A stretch of 64,000 bases of DNA from Glaucostegus cemiculus (GCA_976551045.1 CDPCPM010000125.1:1302001-1366000), one strand, 5' to 3'. Shown: positions 27,113 to 40,400, counted from the first letter of the stretch. Notes: a model not told the origin generated them from the letters alone. Numbers and translations are program-made.

Positions 27113-28120
27113 ATAGATTAGATTAGATTAGAATCTTTATTACCATTGTACAAAAGTACAACGAAATTGTACACAGTTCCAATCAGTGCAAAAAGAAACA
27201 ACAGAAGCAACAACAAAAAATAGCCTATCTAAGATTTTAAAAAAAGAAAATTACAAGTAACTAGACAATAATAAAAATATATATACATACACGTATGGGT
27301 ACAAAAGGCGTGCGCTCGTACCATTAAAAAAAAACAAACATCTATGCCGTTAACAAATGTGCATGTAACAGAAGTATGAATTTGAATTCAAAAATTGCAC
27401 AGTTCACAGTTAAAGTAATGGATTGCACGGGATGGAATATTGCACAGTTAGATATCAATGTTCATTTATTATTGCAACGGTCCTGGGATATGTGCTGTTC
27501 CTCAGTCTGTTTGTTCTGGCTTTTATTATCCTATACCACCTTCCTGAGGGTAACAGTTGGAACAGGTAATGTGCTGGGTGAGATGTGTCCTTCAGGATAC
27601 TACGAGCTTTTCTATGGCAGCGGGACCTGTATAACTCCTTTAAAGAGAGGAGAGCACAGCCGATGATTTTCTGTGCTGTGTTGATGACCCTCTGGAGCCC
27701 TGTCTTTTCCTGGGAGGTGCAACTGGCAAACCACACTGGAATGCAATACGCCAGTACGCTTTCCACAGAGCATCTGTAGAAGGACACCAGCAGCTCCTTA
27801 GCTCGGGCATTGTTCCTCAAGACCCTCAGGAAATGGAGTCGCTGCTGTCCCTTCTTAATCAGCGCAGTGGTGTTGGTTTTCCAGGAAAGGTTATCATCCA
27901 GGTGCATGCCCAGAAACTTGAAATCTGAAACCCTCTCCACACGGTCCCCGTTGATGTATATGGGCTGAGGGTCAGATATGTTTCTCCTGAAGTCCACTAT
28001 TATTTCCTTAGTCTTTGTGGTGTTGAGGACCAGGTTGTTATTGATGAACCATAATGACAGTTTTTCCACTTCATCCCTGTATGCAGACTCTGCTCCCTCT
28101 CTGATGAGCCCGACCAATAT
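27113..28120 (-). mobile_element. 5'-truncated Rex1/Babar-type LINE with an uninterrupted 220-aa RT C-terminal ORF (27455-28117) and (TAGAT)n tail
   Basis: VGLI...AYRDEVEKL..W...NNLVLNTTKTKEIIVDFRR...FKFLG...QQRLHFLR...LLPSGR.YR; microsatellite tail at 27113-27132. Confidence 0.9.
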
Positions 28121-28550
28121 AGTCTGTCAGAGTATAGTTATCAAATAAAAATACAATAAAAGTCTCAATTTATTCAGCCATCCTAAGAAACGTTTTCAAG
28201 ATGTTTCCCTTTTATTCGTGCAGGGGCCTTGTCATATATTTTTTTTGAGAGTTAGGCTGACAAAATGGAAGTCCATTTTCCTGGATTCCTGTGCAATGAT
28301 GGTCAACCTTCCCGAATTCATTTGCTTCATGGAAACGTCATCGAAATGTTAACTTAGCCAAATATGAGATGAGTAAACTGAGATGAACACCGACTCCGCC
28401 CCATCCCTCAAAAAAAAGCAATGAATAAAAACGTACTACTTCGGTGGGAAACGAGGAAGTAATTCGACTTCCAACCAAACATGTCGGTGTTTCAACGTTT
28501 TTCGGGATGTTTTTGACCCTACATGTTATTGCACAGTTTCTATGTTGCAG

Positions 28551-28577
28551 GATCGCAAACGACTGGAAAAGACAATG
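28551..28577 (+). CDS. Micro-exon 10, 27 nt, GSQTTGKDN
   Basis: tatgttgcag|GATCGCAAACGACTGGAAAAGACAATG|gtatta; 18/27 nt identical to the exon at 31155. Confidence 0.72.
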
Positions 28578-29476
28578 GTATTATTTTTAGCCGAATACTC
28601 TTTAACATGCTGTGTAACATACAACTCGTGCAGACCACTAAGGTCAAACTTCGGCGGTATGAGCGTGGCAGCGACTAAATAAAGAAACAGAAACTGACAT
28701 TGTTCATGTTCTTTTTGGAAAAGGTTTTAAAAGAGCATTATCCAACCTCATGCAGAGGTAGTAAACAATGCTAATTTCAGGACGTTTCCCAGAAAATAGC
28801 CAAGACTTTCATTGTCATTAACCCCCCCCCTCCCAAAAAACCGCATAATTTGGTAATTCTGAACCATTTCGCAGTTTTTTTATTTACTAAAATTACAGAA
28901 CGTGGTTCGTACTTCATGAACTCATTGAACTTTGCTTTCAGTGCACTTAAATTTTCCTTGGTCTTTCCTTATATGGGCTGTTCTCACCATGCAGTTTTGG
29001 GACTTATTTTTATCAACCAACTCGATCAACCATTCCGATACTCATGCCATTTCCCTATGAGTCCCTAAGTGCAGGTGTATCCTCCCACTTATCTGCTCAC
29101 ATCACATCGCACAGCGGCACACCAGCCAATGGGGCAATTAAATCATCTTCAAATTTTGCCCACAATACAATATCTAAATTGGGAAAGAAACATTAAATTA
29201 ATGGGAACATTTTTCAAGACTCCTCAGTTGATTTAAGAGAAGTGGGAATACATTACCTGTGGTCTTGCATAGAATCATATTAACAATGACAAATAGCAGC
29301 CCAGAAGAGGGCTAACTGGCCAATTATGTACACGCCCGCACATCAACAAAACAACTCTTCAGTTCCATAAGATGCGCATGATAAAGCCGTGATAAAAAAA
29401 AAATAGAGAGTAATTTGTGACTTACTCTACAACATGCAAAACAATTCTTGAATTCTCATTTTATTAGAATGCAAAG

Positions 29477-29512
29477 AAATAGAAAGCCTGAGAAAAAAGC
29501 TGGAAGCTGCGG
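29477..29512 (+). CDS. Micro-exon 11, 36 nt, EIESLRKKLEAA (45 nt if the upstream TAG acceptor at 29466-29467 is used)
   Basis: gcaaag|AAATAGAAAGCCTGAGAAAAAAGCTGGAAGCTGCGG|gtgaga; 30/36 nt identical to the exon at 32406. Confidence 0.82.
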
Positions 29513-31154
29513 GTGAGAAAAGCAGTAAAATTTTAAGCAAATGTATCCCAATTTTGTCCAAATGTAGGTTGCTTTAAACTCTTCTGCATAATAAGCAGCA
29601 AATATAAGATGGAATACAATATAAAAACGATGATATTTAAGGAGCATTGCATGTTTCTGTGTCTAGCATACTAACAGACCTCTACGAAATTTTGCTCATT
29701 CTGTCGGCGTGCCTTTTCACTCGAAACATGTGCCTACCTTTTTCATCAAAAGATGTCCTCTCGGACACAACAGACATAATTCCAACCGAATCAAAATTCT
29801 AAACAGATAAAAAGATATTTCCTCTGCAAATAAACATAGCGGCTCAAAATGTACTATTCATATGGATTTTATTCATTCTCCTGAGTTATGAAGCTAGCAT
29901 GCTTGTCAGCAAGTCTATTTTCACACGATTCGGTAGCAAGTTCGACGTTTTACAAAGCGTGTGGAAAAAAGTAAGTTACATTCATGACTGCATTAGGTTT
30001 CAGTTCTTAATTGTGGTCCACATCTGGAAAATATGGATTTATTGATCCACGAGCATATTTAATATGTTAACAATATCAGCGTACAACTGAAGTATCCATT
30101 AGTCACAGATGAGAAAAACTGGGACTTTCTCTTGCCTCTGTACTATCATATAAGATATTGGAATATGAGATAGGATTGCCTTGGAAAGATCTCGGTGCGA
30201 TGATGCAGAAACCAGATCTATTCAATCTCTGACAGTACACAATGTTTGGGATGCAGCAACTATTCTCTTGCCTCTACGGGTCATTGCTGCCAAAATCCTA
30301 TTTGCGCCTAATTATACTAATTGTGTCATTACCGATTCATATTCCTTAAATCCGGTATCCGATAGCAATACGTTTGTGCTTAGCTTTCAATTAACTTTGT
30401 TCTTTCCACTCAAATATTAATATGCCAGTGAAATTTTAAGGAGACTGGTGACAGTGGTCTACATTTGAATCATGGTAGTATCGTATTTCCAGATTTACTA
30501 CCGGGCAATAACACAAATTTTCTTCAATGAGGTCAATTCACAGTCCTTTAGACAAGTCATAATATGTTGAATATCTTGAATCTAATACGCTCCCTGCATT
30601 TAGATTAACATGGTGCAGAGTGGCAATCGGTGAGAGGGGGCTGTGCTTTGTTAACAGTGTTTTCGTGTCTCTCATTGAAGTCCCAGGCTTCCAGATAGTA
30701 GAAAGTGCTCGGCGGAGCTCTTGACAAAGCCAAGTTGTTGATGAATAGTTTAGGGATTTCACAAGCTTTTGTCTCCTCTCTCCTCTTTCATACACATTAG
30801 TTACGTAGCCGGATACCTTGAGCTGGTGGAGAAGCGATTTTAATAATAAGGACATTGTTAATGTTGTTGCATTGACTAGCCAAGATGCGAGGAGAAATTT
30901 TCATTTGCTGACAGTGCACCTATCTTCTTACACCTTTACCACATATCAACGATCGTTCGAATGATGTATATCTGTTTCTGCAATATTGGAAAAAATCATT
31001 GGTGGAGTAAATCTGGAAGCAAACTAACATGTAAACCGTAAGAGAAACCATAGCAAGCAAAGCTAAACAAAATATGGTCGACGGGGCGATAGATCATTCA
31101 ATTAACCTGTTACTTCTGATGTAATGACTTGGCCGTCTTGTTAAACACTTCCAG

Positions 31155-31181
31155 ACACGCAAACTGCCCGGAAAGACAGTG
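31155..31181 (+). CDS. Micro-exon 12, 27 nt, DTQTARKDS
   Basis: cacttccag|ACACGCAAACTGCCCGGAAAGACAGTG|gtagga. Confidence 0.78.
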
Positions 31182-32405
31182 GTAGGATATTTAATTTCAT
31201 GACTATTCAAATGGCTTATTTAATCTCTCTGTTAACTTACACTGAGATATATTTCAAAACTAACTCTAATACCACGGAGATTGAAGCCTCAATACAGCGC
31301 AGAGATTATGTTGTTGTTAAATGTACATCATTTTCTAAAAGGTGTTAAGGCGTAGAACAATCCTTCATTTGATGTAGGATGACCTGGAATATATATTTAT
31401 GCAGAAACTTTCCAGCGTAAACTGGCAACTAACAGAGAGTTGTTTGTGAGTGCAAGATAAATGGCACATAATCACAATCTTAATTGTGACGTATACCTGC
31501 ATGATTGTTTGAAACGCTATACAATCGTGTGATTTTTGAATATGTAGTCCTTTATTATTATTACAGCTTTCAGGTTTCTATTGTCTTTCCTGCTGGTGTA
31601 GAAGCAGGAAGGAAATATATTGGCTACACTCATTTATAAATGAATATTGGGTTTACTGTAATCTAACTATTGAGAAATTATGCCACTTCATTCTCCTTCC
31701 ATTGCATAATCCTGAATCATAAAACATTTTGATTAACATGAATATCCATGTCAATATACCACGGGGAAATCGATCATTTCCTTCTTCCAGATGACCAATT
31801 GATTTGTTCGCAAATTTGATTAGTTCACATTAACAGATCGTAATTCTGTCCTTTGCCTCCAGACTCCTCCAATCTTTCCTGTAATATTTCAGCTGGAAAA
31901 CCAATGATGGCTAACCTAGCAGTAAACAAAACAACAGAAAATTCTCCTTGTACTTCGTATATGAGCCAAAACCTCTGGCGAGGGAAACAGAAAAAAAAAT
32001 ATTTCAGATCCTTGAGCGTTCAAATTGAATTAGCGAGTTACTTTTGTTCTGGAAACTACTGACGAATTTTGAATAAGCAAGGTCGGAAATGGAGAGAAAC
32101 CGTTACCATAAATGGAGGGGAGACGCTAATTGTGTTTTGATGAAAGAAGACGAAGTTCAAAATCTAGGCGTCAATATGCGCCAACACAAAAACACTCTGA
32201 AGCTGAATGTGCATTTATTGCAGTGTCTCTGGGTGGGTGGGGGGGAAGACTTGGAATATAATAGGATGATTATTCATTCCTGATATTTTTGTCTGCATTG
32301 ATGTGTAAGGCATATTTGAAAACATCGAAATAGTGCGCATTTGTATAACATAGCTTTTGAAATTAAATTAATGAAAACAACCTTCTGTATTATTTTATGT
32401 TGAAG

Positions 32406-32441
32406 AAATAGAAAGACTACGAAAAAAGCTGGAAGATGTAG
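32406..32441 (+). CDS. Micro-exon 13, 36 nt, EIERLRKKLEDV
   Basis: ttttatgttgaag|AAATAGAAAGACTACGAAAAAAGCTGGAAGATGTAG|gtaagc. Confidence 0.88.
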
Positions 32442-33559
32442 GTAAGCAAAGTATTAGCGCACATGCAAGCACTGCACAGGCCTCACTATATTTTCATACT
32501 CATTGTGTATGTAGCATCATCTGTAAGCGGACGGCATTTTTCCACCGGTGTCCAATGTAAATAGCAAAACATTAAGGAATTTAAACTCCTTGTGAAATTG
32601 CATCTACCAGCCTCTGTTATAGTGTAATTTGACTCATCGCCATATGCGCATTCACGTGTAAACGTTCATAAACCTTTTGTTCGTATCTGTTTAGTGCACA
32701 ACATGAAGGTGTAAATTGGCAAAACTCTTTAGTTGTGCCTCAGGTGGTAGTTCATAAAATTTGATGGTAACTTTCAAATTCCTATCATTTTTAATCTCGC
32801 TTCGAGATAGATTGATAAATTCTTCTCAATTCAGATATCCCGTGCAAGAAGCAAATTGAAATAACCAGTATAGTGCGAAGAATAATTTCTTATCAGGACA
32901 GAAAATATTGGGCATGTTATAGGTGTTCCTTCGGGTCCATGTTTCTAGCCAGTGGACAATGTCTCAATGTTGTTAGAGTTTGTGTAGAACTGAGCAGCTC
33001 AAGCGTTTTCCTAGATCTCGATACCATCGTCGATTTATAACCTATTTTTGTCACTTTAACCAAAACAGTTACTATGTTCAGATCACCAACACTTCTTAGC
33101 ACTAAACAATTTATAATAAACTGTCCGCTGCAGAACAATCGCCGTTCCTTATTTTACTTTTGTCTGTGATGGTCGTTCCGGAGTTCAGGACTTGAACGAA
33201 TGTTGCTGTTTATTCTGGACTTCCGTCCCAATTCTACGGTATCTAAGCAACATATACCTGTGCTATGTTCCATCTCTACTTGAAATCCTATGTATCCTTC
33301 CTACAGCTGATGGATGGACCACCCTCAAGGGTTCAATTATTGCTTAACCAGGGTTTACCGTGTAAATAATGAATTCAAACTCTTCGACGTCAGTTTCGTC
33401 GACGATATTTCTTTGTTTAAATGAGGTCATATTCCAAAGACGTTCGCGGTATTCAACTGAACGTTCTGCGTTTACTTAATGTAATTTCATGTATGTGTAT
33501 TTTGACATGGAACAGGATCATTCAGCTGACCAATCCCATTAGACTCACTAATTCCATGG

Positions 33560-33780
33560 AACTCAGCAATTATGATTATTATTATATATCCACTAATTCC
33601 TATTTGAATCCCGCCTCACATATAATGGCCAATTAACTGGCCACGATTTTCAATAAAAGCTCAACACGGTAGAAATCGGTGGACTCAAGAGTGAACACCA
33701 TCGAGAGAGCATCCGAAAGCTGACTGGAACCTGGTTGCCTGGAGCTAACAGGCAGAAATACCAGCTGTTTCGCCACTGTC
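33560..33780 (-). mobile_element. Degenerate V-SINE-like element
   Basis: ggccaattaactggcc...actggaacctggttgcctggagct...cagctgtttcgccactg. Confidence 0.45.
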
Positions 33781-34419
33781 TTCCAAAACTAGGACGGTGT
33801 AGAAGTAATTGTTTAAGTTCTTATTTGTTTTCTGTTCCAAACAGATGACCATACACCTCACCTCAACTTTATTAATTATTGATTAGTTGAGACATTAGAG
33901 TGTTTATTTGAAGAACATCTGTTTCTAATAATCTCTGCTGTAGAATACACAGTAAAGCTCATGGATACATTTACCAAAAGGCTTTTCTTAGTCCTAATTT
34001 CGATAATCTCTCCAGACTATTCATTCGAGTTCCTCAAAATATCCTGCGCTTCGAAAATATATTCTTGTTAACAAATCAGGAGATACCTTACGAGTTGTTA
34101 AAGTGAGAAAATATTATCAGAACGAACACTCTGGAGGCAATTTCAGCAGAAATGACTGATACTTCAGTTAGAACTGTCATCAATTTTCACAGTAATTTGT
34201 TAAGGGGAACCATCAACTTCCGTTTCATCTGAATGTGCTGAAACGCGATAAATTACATTTAGCCTGGATGCCCATGAATCAACACAACCAAATGAAGTCA
34301 ATAGTCCTAAATGTAAACAAATATGTATTTATGTATTGTTAATGGTCAAAATCCGGAACTGGTGAATTTCATCGTTTTGAAGAATGGTCATCGACTGAAT
34401 CGTTCACTCAGTTCATTTG

Positions 34420-34990
34420 GCACATTACTATAGGCAACCTTAAGGAAGGCGTGCCAGCGTCGTTACTTTCTTAGAAGTGGAAAGAGGTTCGGTATGTCAT
34501 CAAATAACTTCTACAAATGTTGTGTTAAAAGAATCCTGACTATTTGCATCATGATCTTGTATGCCAGTTCGAATATGCAGGAATGGAAGGAGATGCAGAT
34601 GGTAGCGGATTCAGCTTAATACATCACTAGCACACCCCTCCCCACCATCAGTATCATCTACATGAGGTGCTGCATCATGAAGGAAACATCCATCATTAAT
34701 GATCCTCACCATCCGGGCTATGCCATCTCCTCGCTGCTACCAGCGGGCAGGAGGTACAGAAGCCTGAAGTCCCACGCCAGCACATTCAAGAACAGCTACT
34801 TCCCTTCAGTCATTCGGTTCTTGAACCAACCTCCATAACCTTAATCACTGCATCAGTATATCAATACGATCACTACCCTGACAGCATTGCATTGCCGTGG
34901 ACTTTCTTTGTTATAATTGTGGTACCTCCTGTATAATTTTGCATAATTTATGTTTCATTTATGCTGCTTTGTGAATGCTGTGTATCTAAC
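34420..34990 (+). mobile_element. Rex1/Babar LINE 3' fragment
   Basis: Decayed QR..FLR...RFGMS and DPHHPG.A....LLPAGRRYRSLKSH...FKNSYFP motifs. Confidence 0.75.
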
Positions 34991-35071
34991 GGATATGTGG
35001 TGCTTGCAACACTTGCCGTTTTATTTTTTAAGTTTCAGAAACAAATAACTCGTTTTCAATTTCTGATTTAG

Positions 35072-35098
35072 CAAAAACTCTCGAAGAAAAGGAAATAG
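35072..35098 (+). CDS. Micro-exon 14, 27 nt, AKTLEEKEI
   Basis: ttctgatttag|CAAAAACTCTCGAAGAAAAGGAAATAG|gtaagt. Confidence 0.85.
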   Translation, partial: QKLSKKRK

Positions 35099-35929
35099 GT
35101 AAGTTGATTTTTTTTTAAATTGTATCTGTCAATCCATTGACATATGATGGGGAAATGTAGTTATTCACTTTGGAATTCTGTCGTCACTGGCTTAAGCATC
35201 TTCTGCGTGCTATTCTTTGTTTACTATTAGCAGAATTAACTTTCTGAAACGAAGCGTAATGTTTGGTTTCCTCGTAAATGTGTCATGAGTAAACACCGTT
35301 CTTGTCCGTTCAAGGCCAGCTGTTGCATAATAACCAAATCTGGTACGACTATGACTATCTGCGACAGAAAATGTGATTTTTCACTGCATAAATAGCTATT
35401 ATATCATACCTTCCACAGAACTGAAGCAGAAGTTTTATTCACGTCATAGAGATAAGGCTACCTGAACTGCAAAGGCGCCTCATTGCACTGCCCGATGTCA
35501 CAAAATATTATATTTTACTTTGAGACTGCTGGCGCCAGAAAAATGTAAAGGGAAACTGGAGGCAATCGGGGTACTCAACTAGTTGCCAAACACAACAATG
35601 TGATTACTCGACTTTTTAGTTTCCCATTTGTCAGTGTTTGAATGAGAAACATTAGGAATTTATTTAAGCCCTTCGTAGAATCTCGTTAACTTTTGAAATC
35701 AACCTAAGTGGACTCAATTTCACTGAATGACTCGTTTGGACGTGTCATGAAAATAACGGAGTTATCAATGACGTAAGTCCCCTCTTGCGGGAACTGGCAT
35801 CCCAGTTTGGTTTCACTGTTGATTTCATAATCCACTGAGGACATCGGAGGGTTTTGAGTGATGAATAATAGTTACCTGTCGCACCCACTTTAATATTCCA
35901 TTGTGTTCAGAACTTCCAGCAAGATAAGA

Positions 35930-36220
35930 TACAGTATCACAATAAGCCGCATGTACAAAGAAACACAAAGTGAAATACATTACTATATTTGCAGTTGTGT
36001 TCTGGGGCAGCCCGCAAGTGCCAGCACGCTTCCGGCGCCAGCATAACGTGCCCACAACTTCCTAACCTGTACTTCTTTGGAATGTGGGAGGACACCACAG
36101 CATACGGAGGAAACCCACGCAGACACGGGGAAACCGACAAATCTCCTTACAGACAGTGGCCGGATTTGAACCCAGGTGGCTGCGCTGTAAAGCTTTACGC
36201 TAACGACTACACTACCGTAC
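35930..36220 (-). mobile_element. tRNA-derived V-SINE (HE1-like), near full length
   Basis: Reverse complement starts acggtagtgtagtcgttagcg (A box) ...gggttcaaatcc (B box), followed by the V-domain; same family as the copy at 55755. Confidence 0.85.
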
Positions 36221-37671
36221 TTGTCCACTATCAAGTGGCATATCAAGTGGCTTGATAACTCCAAAGCAGCAAACTGATTATCTCCTCCATTAAAAAACGA
36301 CATTAATGATATTTTCAGTCGCCCATTCATGTCAGTTCATGCAATAATGTGTGCTAAATCTGAAATTAAGGACATCTCACCAGTTCTTTATCCAAAACAT
36401 ATACTATTTATTCAAAAACAAAACCTAGAATAATTGAGGAGCGTGAGTTCCTTTCTCATGAAAAAATGATGGCTTTGTGTGATTATCATGCACTTTACGA
36501 AAGACCCTGCTGAAATATCTTCAATAATAGCATAATTATTTTGTCTCTGACACATATTAACCTTATTACCTTGAAGCTTCTTTCCAAATCCCCCTTCCCC
36601 TTTTGAAAAAAAAATGTAATATTTATTATGTTTTGCAATCAATGCTAAACTTCTACGAACGTTTGGGGATTAGGGAGATTAAAGACAGCACATAAAATAG
36701 CTCACTAGCCTTTTATTTAGATACCTATAGGAAACCAGTCAGGACCCAGAGCACTTGTTATCCCACGTTTCCAATGTTTTCCTCATTACTATTTCCGCCA
36801 TCAGTTCAATTTTCCTGATAGCTGTGTTTCCAATTTCTGACAGCTTCAACACCTGGGATGCTAGTAATCAATTTAACGGTTTGGACTCACAGATTTTTTA
36901 AAAGCTGTCATTATTAATCTCCTAGCCTAGATTTCTTTAGGACCAACCCTCACTTTGTTATAATTGGTTTTATATTTTTAAATATATGTCTTTTCAAGAC
37001 ATTTCTGGGCCTCCTTCTCCATGCGATATTTTGTCCTTCTTCATTTGTTTCTCCGTGCAATCATTTTGCCTATTACAGCACTTCGCAGAAACAAAAGCAT
37101 TTCTTCCTATTTGTTACATTTGGTTCATTGTTTTCCTTAAACATCTATGGAAAGTTCTCGTCTTCGATTTGTTACTTTTTGTCTTATTTTCATATATTTA
37201 CGCTGTGAATTACATGAATTATTTCTTCTGTATTTGCGGCAGGTGCTTCTAATGGTTTGTCATACTTCCCCAAAGCAATAACTACACCCAAATACCCCAC
37301 ACGTACACCATTGAGAAATTGTTTCTGACTTAAGTTTGTGACTTGCATCTATTATCGTCAAATTTTGAAAGTCAACTTCAATCACAACTCGGACGCATTA
37401 ATTTGCTTAAATGGTTTAGACGATCGAGCCAGAAGACTTTTAGAAAATGGAAACTGTAAAGAAATAATTCCAGCAAACTCCTTGAACAGCCAATGCATTT
37501 TTCAGGTAGACATGGTCATCTTTCGGACCTCTTTAGTACTATGCTGAATTGGTTCTTTTTTGTACAGTTCTTCAAAACGCCAGCTTTTTAAGGTTTCGCA
37601 CTGCATGAAAAGGGCAGATTCGCTGGTTAATAACGATCTAATTTGTTACAAGAAGTATATCGCAGGGTTGT

Positions 37672-38120
37672 ATTAGAACATAGAACATAGAAAAACTACA
37701 GCACAAGTCAGGCCCCTCGGCCCACAAAGCTGTGTCGAACATGTCCCTACACTAGAAATTACTGGGCATTCCCATAGCCCTCTATTTTACTTATCTCCAT
37801 GTACCTATTTAACAGCTTCTTGAAAGACCCTATCGTATCCGCCTCCACCACTGCTTCCGGCAGCCTATTCCTCGCACTCACCACACTCTGAGTAAAATAC
37901 TTACCGCTGACATCTCCTCTATATCTACTCCCCAGCACCTGAAACCGGTGTCCTCTTGTGGCCACCATCTCAGCCCTGGGGAAAAGCCTCTGGCTATCTG
38001 CACGATCAATACCTCTCATCACATTATTTACCTCTATCAGGTCACCCCTCAGCCTCCTTCTCTCTAAGGAAAAAAGGCCGAGTTCCCGCAATCTACTCTC
38101 ATAAGGCATGCTCCTCATTA
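37672..38120 (-). mobile_element. CR1 LINE 3' end with (CATAGAA)n tail
   Basis: ORF YESRLRELGLFSLERRRLRGDLIEV...TRGHRF; tail tagaacatagaacatagaa. Confidence 0.9.
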
Positions 38121-38216
38121 CCTTTTTCTTTCCTACTATGGCATGGTCCAAATAAACTGGCGACATTAAATGCTTTTGAGGGGAACATGCCATATTTATC
38201 ATGTTTTATTTCGTAG

Positions 38217-38243
38217 ATACCAGTCAAGGCGAAACACTGAAAG
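38217..38243 (+). CDS. Micro-exon 15, 27 nt, DTSQGETLK
   Basis: ttttatttcgtag|ATACCAGTCAAGGCGAAACACTGAAAG|gtaaat; good splice sites but poor heptad fit. Confidence 0.65.
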
Positions 38244-38361
38244 GTAAATCTGTTTGCACGTGAAGATATGTCACTCTTTTTAAGAGGTTTCATGCACCTG
38301 CAAAACGAGTAACAGCGACATTTATTAATAAGTATGTCTTTATGTTGGAATATTATTGCAG

Positions 38362-38388
38362 ATCTAGAAATGAAGCTTGAATACAACA
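38362..38388 (+). CDS. Micro-exon 16, 27 nt, DLEMKLEYN
   Basis: tattattgcag|ATCTAGAAATGAAGCTTGAATACAACA|gtaagt; DLE start and A|gtaagt end shared with the exon at 61108. Confidence 0.78.
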
Positions 38389-39089
38389 GTAAGTGTGACA
38401 GTAATGCACGTGTTTATTCAGGCTCCTGCCTGTTTTTAACTTATGAAAGGTGATTTTCGTTATAGACTGTCATTTTCTTAGTATGCCCAATTTCATCAGT
38501 ATCTTTGGACAAATACATTCACCGTTAGATCGTAATGAGAACTATGAATATAAACAACGGACGATAGTTAGTTAGATATCTTACTGTGACACAACAGCTC
38601 GAAGCATCATTTCCGTTCTGGCCATTATTTTCTCAAATTCTTCAACTAAAACATGTTATATGCTAACGTGCTGGTTGTTTGAGCGGGAAAATGCAAATTG
38701 AGAAATTACGAATATCCTGCAACTGAATTGTTATAACATATACAGTTGGGAATGAAGGTTAAGATGATCTGAGAATTGTGTTTAGTTTCTAATTGTGCAC
38801 AAAAAATAGTGAGAGCAAAAATCAACAATAACTTATGAGAAAATAAACTCAATAATTGACGGCAAAACCAATAATAATAACAAATCACTTCCGTTTGTCA
38901 GTTCCATTTGTCAGTTAAGTATCTAGCATGTCTACGACACCATCTGAGGTATCCCTGTACCCGCATTAATGGATCTGTGGACAAACATGTCATAGTCACA
39001 CTGTCACTCTCTCCTTCCCAGCTTCCTGGAAATTATGGCGTATACCTAAGCTTATTTCTTAAAAAGAGTGACCGATGTGTTAGGAAGGC

Positions 39090-39518
39090 AAAAATATAAT
39101 GTTGGATCCTTCTCACCCCTCCCATCATCTCTTCACACTCTTGCCGTCTGGAAGAAGGCTCAAATACATCAGGGCGAGAACAACCAGGCTGTGTAATAGC
39201 TTCTTCCCACAAGCCATTAGATCTGTGAACTCCTCATCCCTCCATCTCTCCTGCCAACACTAAAGGATGCTAGGCGTTCAGAAACACACCAGCACTTTAA
39301 TTGTCCGCTGCCAGTTCACTCATTTTAATACTATTTATTTAAGTTGCATAATTTAATTTAATTTTTGTGATTCTAATATTCTTCAGTGTCTTTCTGTCTG
39401 TCTCTTCTGTTTAATATTTAATGCGAGGTGCACCTATGGAGTACAGTATCTCGCTCCTATGCATACTGTGTGTGTGTATATGGTTGTGACAATAAAACTG
39501 ATTCTGATTCTGATTCTA
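39090..39518 (+). mobile_element. Rex1/Babar LINE 3' end with (ATTCTG)n tail
   Basis: DPSHPSHHLFTLLPSGRRLKYIRARTTRLCNSFFPQAIR; aataaaactgattctgattctgattct. Confidence 0.85.
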
Positions 39519-39689
39519 TTAATCTTCCCAGAATCCATCAGCTCCCTTACATTTGGGATTAAATTCAATTTGTCTTTTCTCCATGATCTAAGTATTTCAT
39601 CAATATTTTCTGTCCCTCTTGTACCCCACCCCACTATCAGCTACGCCGCAAAATTGCCCTGCCACCAGCAAATTAATAACGATACTGGA

Positions 39690-40400
39690 GAAAACAAACT
39701 GCTGGAGTAACGCAGCGGGGCAAGCGGCATTTGGGGGGAAAGGGACATTCCAAGTCTAACCCTACATCAGGACTGAGCGTGGGGAGGGAAGATAGTTAGA
39801 AGATAGGAGACGGAAAGGTGAGAGGCAGAGGCCAGCGTGTGATAGCTGGACTGAGGAGAGGTGAAATATGACGGGAGGATGGATGCAGATGGAGAGGGGT
39901 GAATTTAGGAGACAGAACCAGATGGAAACAGACAAGGAAAATGTTGTTGGAGTTCGTGTGGCTGTGGATGGTGAAGATGGAGATAAAGGTTGGAAGGCGG
40001 TAGCACAGGATACACAAGCTGCTGAAGATTTAGTCCGATCGGTAAGGACAGTGATCAAGAGAACCATTTTTTTTTTAAGAGATGAAGCGAACATAGAAGT
40101 GTATGGGGTAGAGGAGTTGGTGTGTGATGTTTGTAGATAATAGTGGGTTGGAACCAGAAAAGGCATGGAGATGAAAACGAATGTTGGGGGTTGCAGGAGG
40201 TCTGTGAAATGGAACAAAAATTGGAGAACCTTATATGGATCGGCAACAGTAAGACAGGGAAACGTAATTCCAGAGGTACAGATTTCTCCTCCACTTGTTC
40301 GTCCACCTATCCATCTCCAACAGCAACCAGTTCCTTCGACATGCACTTGCATATGATAGTGCTGGAAATGTGGTATGTGTGCGTCACAACCATCAGAGAC
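39690..40400 (-). mobile_element. Degenerate Penelope-like 3' region and terminal repeat
   Basis: ctgctggagtaacgcagcggggcaagcggcat...ccctacatcaggactg is the reverse-complement homolog of the 6550-6650 terminus. Confidence 0.55.

Noticed and set aside
27455-28117. 220-aa ORF as a host or domesticated gene
   Set aside because: It is the RT C-terminus of a 5'-truncated Rex1/Babar LINE with its 3' UTR and tail still attached.
36140-36220. tRNA gene
   Set aside because: The A and B boxes belong to the head of a V-SINE; no complete cloverleaf is evident.
36229-36257. tatcaagtggc repeated twice plus a tatcaag/cttgata mini-hairpin beside the SINE
   Set aside because: Too short; likely a local slippage or insertion scar.
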